A stretch of 64,000 nucleotides of DNA. Source: Candidatus Evtepia faecavium (GTDB taxonomy: Bacteria > Bacillota > Clostridia > Oscillospirales > Oscillospiraceae). This document shows, piece by piece, positions 7,051-15,891 of the stretch. Positions within the stretch are counted from its first letter, which is position 1, and each line of letters starts with the position of its first letter. A model generated the notes under the pieces. That model saw only the letters and a list, made by a program, of their open reading frames with translations, had not been told where the DNA came from and did not search any database. The stretch covers positions 39,706 through 103,705 of the forward strand of contig DXDK01000046.1 in assembly GCA_019115545.1 (NCBI GenBank). The letters are read 5' to 3'. The position numbers and the translations under genes were made by a program.

Positions 7051-9729
7051 ATGCATAAGTATTACGGTTTGAACCAGCTGCGGGAGATGTTCCTCTCCTT
7101 CTTCGAGTCCAAGGGCCATCTCCGCCTGCCCAGCTTCCCCCTGGTGCCGGAGAACGACCCCTCCCTGCTCCTCATCAACGCCGGCATGTCCCCCATGAAG
7201 CCCTGGTTCAAGGGGGAGGAGGAGCCCCCCCGCCGCCGGGTGTGCACCTGCCAGAAGTGCATCCGCACCGGGGACATTGAGAACATCGGCCACACCGCTC
7301 GCCATGGCACCTATTTTGAGATGCTGGGCAACTTCTCCTTCGGGGACTATTTCAAGAAGGAGGCCATCGCCTGGGCCTGGGAGTTCCTCACCAGCCCCCA
7401 GTGGGTGGGCCTGGAGGCCGACCGGCTCTACCCCTCGGTCTTTGAAGGCAACGAGACCACCCCTGCCGACGACGAGGCCTTCCGCATCTGGAACGAGGAG
7501 ATCGGCATCCCCGCCGAGCGGATCTACAAGTTCGGCAAGGAGGACAACTTCTGGGAGCACGGCTCCGGCCCCTGCGGACCCTGCTCCGAGATCTACTACG
7601 ACCGGGGCCCCGAGTGGGGCTGCGGCAAGCCTACCTGCACCGTGGGCTGCGACTGTGACCGGTACATCGAGGTGTGGAACATCGTCTTCTCCCAGTTTGA
7701 CAACGACGGGGAAGGGCATTACACCGAGCTGGTCCAGAAGAACATCGACACCGGCATGGGCCTGGAGCGCCTGGCGGTAGTGTGCCAGGACGTGGCCTCC
7801 CTCTTTGACGTGGACACCGTGATGAACATCACCAACAAGGTCTCTGAGATCACCGGCGCCCACTACGGCGACAGCCAGGCCAGCGACGTGTCCCTGCGGA
7901 TCATCACCGACCACATCCGCTCGGCCACCTTCATGATCTGCGACGGGGTGCTCCCCTCCAACGAGGGCCGGGGTTACGTCCTGCGGCGGCTGCTCCGCCG
8001 GGCGGCCCGCCACGGCAAGCTCCTGGGGGTCAACGAGCCCTTCCTCTACCAGATCATCGACACCGTCATCCACGAGAACGAGGGCGAGTACAAGGACCTG
8101 CGGGAGAAGCAGGACTACATCACCAAGGTCATCCGCACCGAGGAGGAGAACTTTGCCAAAACCATCGACAGCGGGCTGAAGATTTTCGCCGAGTTCCTGG
8201 CCGCCCACAAGGCCCAGGGGGAGACCCAGTTCTCCGGCAGCGACGCCTTCAAGCTCTACGACACCTACGGCTTCCCCGTGGACCTCACCGAGGAGATGGT
8301 CCAGGACGAGGGCATGACCCTGGACCGGGCCGGCTTCGAGGCCGAGATGGAGGCCCAGCGCGTCCGGGCCCGGAAGGCCCGGGAGGCCCTGGGGGACCTG
8401 GGCTGGTCCGGCGTGGAGTTTGGCAAGGAGGTGCCTGCCACCGTCTTTGACGGCTATGCCCAGACCACCCTCACCGGGGCCCGGGTGCTGGCCATTGTGG
8501 CCGAGGACACGCTGGTGGATGAAATCATCCCCGGGGTGGAGGCCATTGTGGTCCTGGACCGCACCCCCTTCTACGCGGAGATGGGCGGCCAGGTGGCCGA
8601 CCACGGCACCCTGGCCAAGAGCGGCCCGGAGGGTGGCCTGTTCCAGGTGACCGACGTGCAGAAGAACAAGGGCGGCAAATACATGCACTACGGCAAGCTC
8701 ACCCAGGGGAGCCTGAAGGTGGGCGACGTGGTCACCGCCGCGGTGGACCCGGTGCGCCGGGCGGCGGTCATGCGGGCCCACTCCGCCACCCACCTGCTGG
8801 ACAAGGCCCTGCGCACCGTGCTGGGGGACCACGTCCACCAGGCCGGCTCCCTGGTGGAGCCCGACCGGCTGCGCTTTGACTTCACCCACTTCTCCGCCAT
8901 GACCCCCGAGGAGCTGGCGGAGGTCAGCCGCATCGTCAACGAGGCGGTGCTGGAGGGGTATCCCATCGAGACCAAGGTCATGCCCATCGAGGAGGCCAAG
9001 AAGACCGGGGCCATCGCCCTGTTCGGCGAGAAGTACGGCGACAGCGTCCGGGTGGTGGACATGGGCGAGGGGTACTCCGTGGAGTTCTGCGGCGGCACCC
9101 ACCTGGACAACACCGCCAAGGTGGGGGTGTTCCACATCAGCAGCGAGTTCTCCGTGGCCTCCGGGGTGCGCCGCATCGAGGCCACCACCGGCAAGGTCTC
9201 TCTGGACGTGATGAACCGCAACCAGGCCATGCTCTTCGAGGCCGCCGAGATCATGAAGACCAAGCCCGGGGAGCTCCGGGAAAAGGCCAAGGGCATGATG
9301 GCAGAGCTCAAGCAGCTCCACCAGACCATCGAGAAGTTCGAGGCCGAGGCCTCCATGGGGGAGGCCCGGCAGTTCCTCACCGCCGCCAAGGAGGTGGGGG
9401 GCCTGAAGGTCCTCACCGCCCAGCGCCCCGGCCTGGACGGGAACGCCCTGCGGCAGATGGGGGACTTCCTCCGGGACAAGGCCCCCAACGTGGTGGCCGT
9501 GCTGGCCTCCACCAACGAGGACAAGATCACCTTCCTGGCCGTCTGCGGCAAGCAGGCCGTGGCCCAGGGCATCAAGGCCGGCGACCTGGTGAAGAGCGTC
9601 TGCGCCATCTGCGGCGGCAAGGGGGGCGGCAAGCCCGACTCCGCTATGGGCGGCGGCAAGGATATGCTGAAGCTGGACGACGCCCTGGCCTCTGTGGACG
9701 ACTTCGTGTCCGTGAAGCTGGGCCTGTGA
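7051..9729 (+). CDS. alaS: Alanine--tRNA ligase
   Basis: MHKYYGLNQLREMFLSFFESKGHLRLPSF...FEMLGNFSFGDYFK...HSATHLL...CGGTH is full-length AlaRS with a C-terminal DHHA1 domain. The ATG at 7051 sits 10 nt after GGAGG. The track start at 7042 is only 1 nt after the SD. Confidence 0.96.
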   Translation: MHKYYGLNQLREMFLSFFESKGHLRLPSFPLVPENDPSLLLINAGMSPMKPWFKGEEEPPRRRVCTCQKCIRTGDIENIGHTARHGTYFEMLGNFSFGDYFKKEAIAWAWEFLTSPQWVGLEADRLYPSVFEGNETTPADDEAFRIWNEEIGIPAERIYKFGKEDNFWEHGSGPCGPCSEIYYDRGPEWGCGKPTCTVGCDCDRYIEVWNIVFSQFDNDGEGHYTELVQKNIDTGMGLERLAVVCQDVASLFDVDTVMNITNKVSEITGAHYGDSQASDVSLRIITDHIRSATFMICDGVLPSNEGRGYVLRRLLRRAARHGKLLGVNEPFLYQIIDTVIHENEGEYKDLREKQDYITKVIRTEEENFAKTIDSGLKIFAEFLAAHKAQGETQFSGSDAFKLYDTYGFPVDLTEEMVQDEGMTLDRAGFEAEMEAQRVRARKAREALGDLGWSGVEFGKEVPATVFDGYAQTTLTGARVLAIVAEDTLVDEIIPGVEAIVVLDRTPFYAEMGGQVADHGTLAKSGPEGGLFQVTDVQKNKGGKYMHYGKLTQGSLKVGDVVTAAVDPVRRAAVMRAHSATHLLDKALRTVLGDHVHQAGSLVEPDRLRFDFTHFSAMTPEELAEVSRIVNEAVLEGYPIETKVMPIEEAKKTGAIALFGEKYGDSVRVVDMGEGYSVEFCGGTHLDNTAKVGVFHISSEFSVASGVRRIEATTGKVSLDVMNRNQAMLFEAAEIMKTKPGELREKAKGMMAELKQLHQTIEKFEAEASMGEARQFLTAAKEVGGLKVLTAQRPGLDGNALRQMGDFLRDKAPNVVAVLASTNEDKITFLAVCGKQAVAQGIKAGDLVKSVCAICGGKGGGKPDSAMGGGKDMLKLDDALASVDDFVSVKLGL

Positions 9730-9741
9730 GGAGGGCGCGCC

Positions 9742-10074
9742 ATGCTGCTTGATTTTTCCAAGATCCCCGTGGAGCCCGTCCCCCACATGCGGGGCGGGGC
9801 GGGGACCGTCCTGCTCCAGAAATCGGTCCAGGGGCCGGTGAAGGTGCTGCGGGGGGTGCTGCCCCCCGGGGCCTCCATCGGGATGCATCCCCACCAGGGC
9901 AACAGCGAGGTGATCTATCTCCTCTCCGGCACGGGGAAGGTCCTCTGTGACGGGGCGGAGGAGCCCGTGGGCCCCGGCTCCTGCCACTACTGCCCCCAGG
10001 GCCACAGCCACAGCCTGGTGAACACCGGCCCCCTGCCCCTGGAGTTCTTCGCCGTGGTGCCGGAGAGCCCCTGA
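9742..10074 (+). CDS. Cupin domain protein
   Basis: 110-aa ORF with the cupin metal motif GMHPHQGNSEVIYLLSG...CPQGHSHSLVN. Confidence 0.75.
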   Translation: MLLDFSKIPVEPVPHMRGGAGTVLLQKSVQGPVKVLRGVLPPGASIGMHPHQGNSEVIYLLSGTGKVLCDGAEEPVGPGSCHYCPQGHSHSLVNTGPLPLEFFAVVPESP

Positions 10075-10119
10075 CCCATCGATCCCACAACCAAACCATG
10101 GACAGAAAGGAGCGTACCC

Positions 10120-10458
10120 ATGAGCGACTGTTTATTCTGCAAGATCGCGGGGGGAGAGATCCCCTCCAAGAAGGTCTATGAGGACGACCAGGTCTATGCC
10201 TTCTACGACATCGACCCCCAGGCCCCTACCCACTTCCTGGTGATCCCCAAGGCCCACATCACCTCCTGCGGGGAGATCACCCCGGAGAACTCCGCCGTGG
10301 TGGCCCACTGCTTTGAGGTCATCAGCAAGGTGACGAAAGAGCTGGGCATCTCAGAGTTCCGTGTGGTCTCCAACTGCGGCGCCTCCGCCGGACAGAGCGT
10401 CTTTCACCTGCACTTCCACGTGCTGGCCGGCCGGGACATGACCTGGCCTCCGGGCTGA
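10120..10458 (+). CDS. HIT family (histidine triad) nucleotide hydrolase
   Basis: MSDCLFCKIAGGEIPSKKVYEDD...THFLVIPK...HLHFHVLAG is the classical HIT motif HxHxHxx. Confidence 0.93.
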   Translation: MSDCLFCKIAGGEIPSKKVYEDDQVYAFYDIDPQAPTHFLVIPKAHITSCGEITPENSAVVAHCFEVISKVTKELGISEFRVVSNCGASAGQSVFHLHFHVLAGRDMTWPPG

Positions 10459-10477
10459 GCCCCCTTTTCTGAAAGCA

Positions 10478-10527
10478 ACCCATCCCCCGCGGCAGAGGCG
10501 TCTGCCGCGGGGGATGGGTTTTTGTTT
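10478..10527. terminator. Bidirectional intrinsic terminator (HIT gene / fic)
   Basis: 20-bp stem AACCCATCCCCCGCGGCAGA-GGCG-TCTGCCGCGGGGGATGGGTT followed by TTTGTTTG. It lies between the convergent genes ending at 10458 and 10531. Confidence 0.8.
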
Positions 10528-10530
10528 GCA

Positions 10531-11160
10531 TTATGATTCTGTTTGCGCGGGAAGGGGAACAAGGCAAGCGTCCAGAATAGGGTGCAGGACGGCGCTGTCA
10601 AAGACAGAGGCAGCCATAGCGGAGAGGAATTCCTCGGTGGGAACGGCGGACCACTGCACCAGGTAACCGTTTTCCAGGAAGAGCAGACGCATAAACTCCC
10701 GGGTGGCCCGGCCGTTCCCCTCCCGGAAAGGATGGATGTAGTTGAGCTCGGCAAAGTAGTAGGCGCTTCTGGCAAGAAAATCCTTTCGAGAGAGGTTGTG
10801 CAGATACCCCTCCTGCCGAAGCTGGTTCAGGAGGGTTTTCAGCTTTCCAGGAATCTCGCGGTGGGTCAGGAAACGGGTGGAACCCTTCCAGATGTCCTCC
10901 CGGCGGAAATGCCCGGCGAAGGGGTAAAGATCTCCCAGCAGGTATCGGTGGATCCGGCAGAGATGGTTGGCGGTGAAGCGGCCTTGGATTGGGTGCTGCA
11001 GAAGGCTGTTCTGCCGGAGCAAAGAGAGATCGGCCTCTAAAGCGCGCAATGCTTCGCCGTCCCGCAGGCCGAAGCGGTTCCTGAGGACATTGGTACCGCG
11101 GTAGCAGTACAGAGAATCCGTAAAGGAATAGACGTCATACCGCCCGAACCCGTCAGTCAT
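10531..11160 (-). CDS. fic: Fic/Fido domain protein (AMPylase-type toxin, class I)
   Basis: It carries the complete Fic motif HPFREGNGRATR (HxFx[D/E]GNGRxxR). The likely start MTDGFGRYDVYSF at 11160 overlaps the upstream small ORF by 8 nt. The track start at 11184 is an extension. Confidence 0.88.
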   Translation of the reverse strand: MTDGFGRYDVYSFTDSLYCYRGTNVLRNRFGLRDGEALRALEADLSLLRQNSLLQHPIQGRFTANHLCRIHRYLLGDLYPFAGHFRREDIWKGSTRFLTHREIPGKLKTLLNQLRQEGYLHNLSRKDFLARSAYYFAELNYIHPFREGNGRATREFMRLLFLENGYLVQWSAVPTEEFLSAMAASVFDSAVLHPILDACLVPLPAQTES

Positions 11161-11338
11161 GGGCGGACTCCCGGCCCAGGCCATGGGCGGCCAGCAGGGA
11201 AGTCACAGCCTCCTGCACAGAGATGGCGCCGCAAGACATCTGCTCACACAGACGCATCGCCTCCTGACTGGGGAAAAGCTGCTCAATGACTTGGGTGGAC
11301 AGAGCGTATGCCAACGGGGATTCCGGCGTTTGCGGCAT
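11153..11338 (-). CDS. Putative Fic antitoxin (VbhA/YhfG-like)
   Basis: 61-aa ORF MPQTPESPLAYALSTQVIEQLF... contains TQVIEQ, close to the inhibitory [S/T]xxxE[G/N] motif. The ATG at 11338 sits 8 nt after GGAGGG. The ORF overlaps the fic start. Confidence 0.6.
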   Translation of the reverse strand: MPQTPESPLAYALSTQVIEQLFPSQEAMRLCEQMSCGAISVQEAVTSLLAAHGLGRESAHD

Positions 11339-11383
11339 AGCGGTACCCTCCTTCCTGGATAGGATTGCTTTCTCAATGAACCA

Positions 11384-11412
11384 AGTATACCGGATTTTTG
11401 AAGAAAACACAA
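11384..11412 (-). promoter_or_regulatory. Putative promoter of the antitoxin-fic operon
   Basis: Reverse strand reads TTGTGT, 17 nt, TATACT (plus-strand 11407-11412 and 11384-11389). Confidence 0.4.
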
Positions 11413-11498
11413 GGGGAGAGCTGGGGGGGAAGCAGTGCCAGCGAAACCCGGGGATGGGACGAATTTTTCTTGCCTTTCCCCCCCAAACAGCGTATCAT

Positions 11499-11561
11499 AA
11501 AACCGAACCTGCCGCCGGGCAGGTTCGGTTTTCCAAAAGAATCGCACCGTTTGGTGCGATT
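11499..11561. terminator. Two tandem terminator-like hairpins with no adjacent gene end
   Basis: AAAACCGAACCTGCC-GCCG-GGCAGGTTCGGTTTT at 11499-11532 and AATCGCACC-GTTT-GGTGCGATT at 11540-11561. Confidence 0.5.
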
Positions 11562-11609
11562 TCCCGGATAAAAAGCCACCGCTTGGTAACATTTTCATCG
11601 GTGATACGT

Positions 11610-11813
11610 ATGTATTTTCGACGGATTGAAGACCTGCGAACAGACAGCGATAAAACCCAAAAAGATGTGGCGGACTACCTGAACATGCACCTGACGGTCT
11701 ACCGCCGCTACGAAAAGGGCGAGCGGGAGATCCCCGTGTGGGCCCTGATCAAACTGGCCCGGCTGTACGGCACCACCACCGACTACATCCTGGGCCTGTC
11801 GGACCAGCGATGA
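11610..11813 (+). CDS. XRE-family helix-turn-helix protein (67 aa)
   Basis: MYFRRIEDLRTDSDKTQKDVADYLNMHLTVYRRYEKGEREIPVWALIKLARLYGTTTDYILGLSDQR is a Cro/C1-type HTH. Its stop overlaps the comEC start (ATGA). A GTG at 11601 is an alternative start. Confidence 0.8.
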   Translation: MYFRRIEDLRTDSDKTQKDVADYLNMHLTVYRRYEKGEREIPVWALIKLARLYGTTTDYILGLSDQR

Positions 11814-14062
11814 CCCTCCTGTGGGTCACCGGCGGGGTGGTGGGGGCTGCCCTGCTGGGGGTGTATCTGCCCTGGACGGCCTGGGTGCTGCCGGTGGGCT
11901 TGGCGGCCTTCGGCCTGGGGCTGGCCCTGTGCCTGGGGAAGAAATGGCCCCCGGCCCGCCGGATCCTCCTGGGGGCGGGGATCGCCCTGCTGTGGCTCAC
12001 CGGCTACGGCGCCATCGTCCAGGCCCCGGCGGAGGCGCTGGCCTACCGCACCGTGGAGATGGAGGCCGTGGTCACCCAGTGGCCCGAGGAGACCGACTAC
12101 GGCGCCCGGGTCCAGATCAAGGGGGGAGAAGTGGGGGAGCGCAAGGTCAACGCCCTGTTCTACGGGGAGGAGGACCTGCTCACCCTCCGTCCCGGGGACC
12201 GGATCGCCACCATCGCCTACTGCACCCCCGCCAACCGGATCGCCGGGGAGGAGAGCCTCTACTACGCCGGCCAGGGGATCCTTCTGCAGATGGAGGGCCA
12301 CGGGGAGATCACCTTTATCCGGCAGGAGGGCCTCTCCCTCCGGTATGGCCTGACCATCCTGGCGGGGAAGGTGATGGACCAGATCGACCAGCTCTACCCG
12401 GAGCGGGAGGCCGGCTTCCTCCGGGCCCTGCTCATGGGGGACAAGACGGGGCTGGAGGACGTGGACCAGAACCACTTCAACCGGGTGGGCCTGGGCCATG
12501 TGGTGGTGATCTCCGGCTTCCACGTGAGCGTCCTGGTGGGCTTTCTCACCCTTTTCCTGGACCCCAAACGGAAGGGCCATGTGGCGGCCATTTTCCTGGT
12601 GTTGCTGGCCTTCTGCCTGATGACCGGCAGCGACCCGGGCACCGTGCGGGCCGCCGTCCTCTGCGCCCTGGCCATGACGGCCCCGCTGCTGGGGCGGTCC
12701 TATGACTCCCTCACGGGGCTGTGCGCCGCCCTGCTCCTGCTGCTGGCGGTGAACCCCTATGCCGTGGCCAACGCGGGGCTGCAGTTCTCCTTCCTCTCCA
12801 CCCTGGGGATTTTGACCTTCGGCCAGCGGTGGAACAAGGCCTGGCTGGCCGGGGTGCCCAAGAAGGGGAAGCGCTGGGCCGCCCCCTGGATCGGCTGCGC
12901 CGCCATCAGCCTCTCGGCCATGGTGTTCACCGTGCCCCTGTCGGGGCTGTATTTCGGGCGCTTCTCCCTCATCGCGCCCCTGGCAAACCTCTGCACCGAG
13001 TGGGCGGTGATTTTGGCCTTTGTGGGGGGCGCGGTGTCGGTGCTGGCGGGGGCGGTGTTCCTGCCCCTGGGCCAGGCCCTGGCCGCCCTGGTGGCCTTGC
13101 CGGTGGACTATTTCTACTGGTTCTCCCAGCAGGCCAGCGCTTTGGGGCTGGCCTCGGTGGATTTGGACCGCGGATACTACGCCCTGTGGTCCCTCTTCGC
13201 CTATGGGATCCTGATCCTCTGCCTGGCCTGGCCGGGGAAGGGGAAGCGGCCCATCCTGCCGGTGTGCGCCTGCGCCGTCACCCTGTGCCTGTCGGCCCTG
13301 CTGACCACCAAGACCGTCCAGCGCCACGACCTCACCTTCACCCTGCTGGACGTGGGCCAGGGGCAGTGCGCCGTGGTGACCTCGGGGAACGCCCGGGCCA
13401 TGGTGGACTGCGGCGGCACCCGGGACCCGGGGGACAACGGCGCCACCTACCTGCAGTCCATCGGCTCCAGCCGGCTGGACCTGCTGGTCCTCACCCACTT
13501 CCACGAGGACCACGCCGGGGGCGTGCTGGAGCTGATGGACCGGGTGAAGGTGGGGGCCATCGCCGCCCCGGACGTGGACCGGGACAGTGCCCTCCGCCAG
13601 GCCATCGAGGCCCGGGCGGCGGAGGAAGGGGTCCCCATCCACTACATCACGGAAAATACCCTGGTGAGCCTGGGCCGGGCCCAGCTCACCCTCTATTCCC
13701 CGGTGGAAGGGGGCGGGGACAGCAACGAGCAGTGCCTGTCCGTCCTGTGCGCCGCCAACGGGTGGGAGGCCCTCCTCACCGGGGACATGCCCCTGGAGGG
13801 GGAGGCCCGCCTGGCCGCCCGGGAGGACCTGCCCCAGGTGGAGGTCCTGGTGGCCGGGCACCACGGGTCCAAATACGCCACCGGGGAGGTCCTCCTGGAG
13901 GAGACCGACCCGGAGGTGGTGGCCATCTCTGTGGGGTACAATTCCTACGGCCACCCCGCGCCGGAGATGCTGGCCCGGGTCCGGGCCCAGGGGGCGGAAC
14001 TCTATCGCACCGATTACCACGGGGGCATCACCTTCACGGCCCCCGACGGGGAGGGATCCTAA
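11810..14062 (+). CDS. comEC: DNA internalization competence protein ComEC/Rec2
   Basis: 750 aa starting MTLLWVTGGVVGAALLG. It has a polytopic competence domain and a C-terminal MBL domain (LLDVGQGQC...LTHFHEDHAGG...VAGHHGS). holA follows, as in other Firmicutes. Confidence 0.9.
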   Translation: MTLLWVTGGVVGAALLGVYLPWTAWVLPVGLAAFGLGLALCLGKKWPPARRILLGAGIALLWLTGYGAIVQAPAEALAYRTVEMEAVVTQWPEETDYGARVQIKGGEVGERKVNALFYGEEDLLTLRPGDRIATIAYCTPANRIAGEESLYYAGQGILLQMEGHGEITFIRQEGLSLRYGLTILAGKVMDQIDQLYPEREAGFLRALLMGDKTGLEDVDQNHFNRVGLGHVVVISGFHVSVLVGFLTLFLDPKRKGHVAAIFLVLLAFCLMTGSDPGTVRAAVLCALAMTAPLLGRSYDSLTGLCAALLLLLAVNPYAVANAGLQFSFLSTLGILTFGQRWNKAWLAGVPKKGKRWAAPWIGCAAISLSAMVFTVPLSGLYFGRFSLIAPLANLCTEWAVILAFVGGAVSVLAGAVFLPLGQALAALVALPVDYFYWFSQQASALGLASVDLDRGYYALWSLFAYGILILCLAWPGKGKRPILPVCACAVTLCLSALLTTKTVQRHDLTFTLLDVGQGQCAVVTSGNARAMVDCGGTRDPGDNGATYLQSIGSSRLDLLVLTHFHEDHAGGVLELMDRVKVGAIAAPDVDRDSALRQAIEARAAEEGVPIHYITENTLVSLGRAQLTLYSPVEGGGDSNEQCLSVLCAANGWEALLTGDMPLEGEARLAAREDLPQVEVLVAGHHGSKYATGEVLLEETDPEVVAISVGYNSYGHPAPEMLARVRAQGAELYRTDYHGGITFTAPDGEGS

Positions 14063-14067
14063 CGATC

Positions 14068-15138
14068 ATGGCCAAACGCAGCGAGAAAAGCGCCAAGACC
14101 GCCGGCCAGGCGGCCTATCGAAAACTGAAACAGGACCTCCGCCAGGGGACCCTGGGGCCCCTGTATGTCTTTCACGGGGAAGAGGCCTACCTCCGGGACC
14201 ACTACCTGGAGCAGATGAAGGCCAAGCTCATCCCCGGGGGGATGGAGAGCTTCAACTACCACCGCCTGCCGGGAAAGACCCTCACCGCCCAGCGCCTGGG
14301 GGAGACGGTGGACGCCCTGCCCATGATGAGCCAGCGCACCCTCCTGGTGGTCACGGACTATGACCTCTTCAAGGCCCCGGAGGGGGAGCGGAAGGCGGTC
14401 ACCCAGATCCTGGAGGACCTGCCGGACTACTGCTGCCTGGTCTTCGTCTACGACACCCTGGAGTACAAGCGGGACGCCCGGATGAAGAAGCTGGCGGGGG
14501 TGATTCAGGAGAAGGGCCAGGAGGTCCCCTTCCTCCGCCAGGGGACGGGGGATCTGGTGGACTGGATCGGCCGCCGCTTCCGGGCCCTGGGCCACGACAT
14601 TGACACGGCGGACGCCCAGTACCTCATCTTCCTCTGCGGGGACCTGATGCACGGCCTCATCGGGGAGATTGAGAAGATCGGCGCCTATGCCCAGGGCCGC
14701 CGGGTCACCCGGGAGGACATCGACGCCGTGGCCATCCCCGTCATCGAGGCGGTGGTCTTTCAGATGACCGACGCCCTCTCCCGGGGGCAGATGGACAAGG
14801 CCTTCGCCGTGCTCAACGACCTGCTCCGCCTTCAGCAGGCCCCCATCATGATCCTGGCGGTGCTGGGGAAGCACTTCCGTCAGCTCTACACCGCCCGGGT
14901 GGCCCTGGAGACGGGAAAGGGGAGCCGGTGGCTCATGGACCTGTGGGGGATGCGCTCGGCCTATCCGGCGGACAAGCTCCTGGAGGGGGCCCGGCGCCAC
15001 GACCTGGCCTGGTGCAAGGGGGCCATGCGCCGCTGCGCCGAGACCGACCTGGCCATGAAGTCCGTGGCCGGGGCCGAGGGGAAGGACCTGCTGGTCTCCC
15101 TGGTGACCCAGCTGGCGGCGGGAGGCCGGCTATGCTGA
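14068..15138 (+). CDS. holA: DNA polymerase III delta subunit
   Basis: 356 aa: MAKRSEKSAK...LYVFHGEEAYLRDHYLEQMK...LLVVTDYDLF. The sequence is HolA-like and sits in the conserved position after comEC. Confidence 0.85.
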   Translation: MAKRSEKSAKTAGQAAYRKLKQDLRQGTLGPLYVFHGEEAYLRDHYLEQMKAKLIPGGMESFNYHRLPGKTLTAQRLGETVDALPMMSQRTLLVVTDYDLFKAPEGERKAVTQILEDLPDYCCLVFVYDTLEYKRDARMKKLAGVIQEKGQEVPFLRQGTGDLVDWIGRRFRALGHDIDTADAQYLIFLCGDLMHGLIGEIEKIGAYAQGRRVTREDIDAVAIPVIEAVVFQMTDALSRGQMDKAFAVLNDLLRLQQAPIMILAVLGKHFRQLYTARVALETGKGSRWLMDLWGMRSAYPADKLLEGARRHDLAWCKGAMRRCAETDLAMKSVAGAEGKDLLVSLVTQLAAGGRLC

Positions 15139-15722
15139 GGATCCGGGAGGCCATCGTGGTGGAGGGCCGCTATGACAAGAACACCCTGGCCCAGGTGGTG
15201 GACACGGTGATCCTGGAGACCTCCGGCTTTGCCATCTTCCGGGACGAGGAGACGTTAAGCCTGCTCCGGCGGATCGGGGAAAAGCGGGGGCTCATCCTCC
15301 TCACCGACAGCGACGGGGCGGGTTTCCTCATCCGGAACTACCTCAAGGGGGCCCTGCCAGCGGACCAGGTGAAGCACGCCTACATCCCCGACCGGTACGG
15401 CAAGGAGCGCCGGAAGCGCCGCCCCGGCAAGGAGGGCAAGCTGGGGGTGGAGGGGATGCCCCCCGCCGTCCTGGAGGCTGCCCTCCGCCGGGCGGGGGCC
15501 ACGGTGCTGGGGGAGGACGCCCCGCCCCCGGCGGGCACCCCCCTCACCAAGGCCGACCTCTACGCCTGCGGCCTGTCCGGGGGGGAGGGCAGCCGGGCCA
15601 AGCGGCAGAAACTGCTGCAGCGGCTGGACCTGCCCGCCCATCTCTCCCCCAACGCCATGCTGCCCATCCTCTCCGCCCTCTATGACCGGGAGACCCTTTT
15701 GGCGGAGATGGAAAGGCTGTGA
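15132..15722 (+). CDS. Toprim domain protein (DUF4093 / RNase M5-like)
   Basis: [19 protein letters not shown]...[21 protein letters not shown]...[11 protein letters not shown]. The ATG at 15132 follows GGAGG and overlaps the holA end by 7 nt. Confidence 0.8.
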   Translation: MLRIREAIVVEGRYDKNTLAQVVDTVILETSGFAIFRDEETLSLLRRIGEKRGLILLTDSDGAGFLIRNYLKGALPADQVKHAYIPDRYGKERRKRRPGKEGKLGVEGMPPAVLEAALRRAGATVLGEDAPPPAGTPLTKADLYACGLSGGEGSRAKRQKLLQRLDLPAHLSPNAMLPILSALYDRETLLAEMERL

Positions 15723-15774
15723 CACAGGTCACACAGATTTGCAAAAAAGACACAAAATCCAGGGGAAACCGGGG

Positions 15775-15803
15775 TTTACAAGCCCCCAGGTGTGGTGTAC
15801 AAT
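15775..15803 (+). promoter_or_regulatory. Putative promoter of the rubrerythrin gene
   Basis: TTTACA, 17 nt, TACAAT. The inverted repeat ACAA-N5-TTGT (15799-15811) overlaps the -10. Confidence 0.5.
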
Positions 15804-15891
15804 AATCTTGTCCCCGGAAGGGTTTCCGGGGCACGGTATCCGTCATTTTACGCTCCGCTCCAGGAGCCGATTCAATAGGAGGTATTTCACT

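Noticed and set aside
6979-10011. 1010-aa ORF on the minus strand covering all of alaS
   Set aside because: It is antisense to a full-length, unmistakable AlaRS. The translation is a monotonous Gly/Ala/Pro/Arg/His/Leu-rich string typical of stop-poor alternative frames in GC-rich DNA. It has no SD and no recognisable domain.
11783-14020. Long antisense or out-of-frame ORFs in the track (for example 11783-14020, 12721-15138 upstream part, 2423-3892, 3883-5136, 5551-6852, 20757-22007, 32568-34028, 36282-37826, 53389-55461, 58822-60423, 60158-61453, 62356-63933)
   Set aside because: All overlap well-supported genes on the other strand or frame. They show Pro/Arg/Gly-rich composition and lack SD sequences. 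These are high-GC artefacts.
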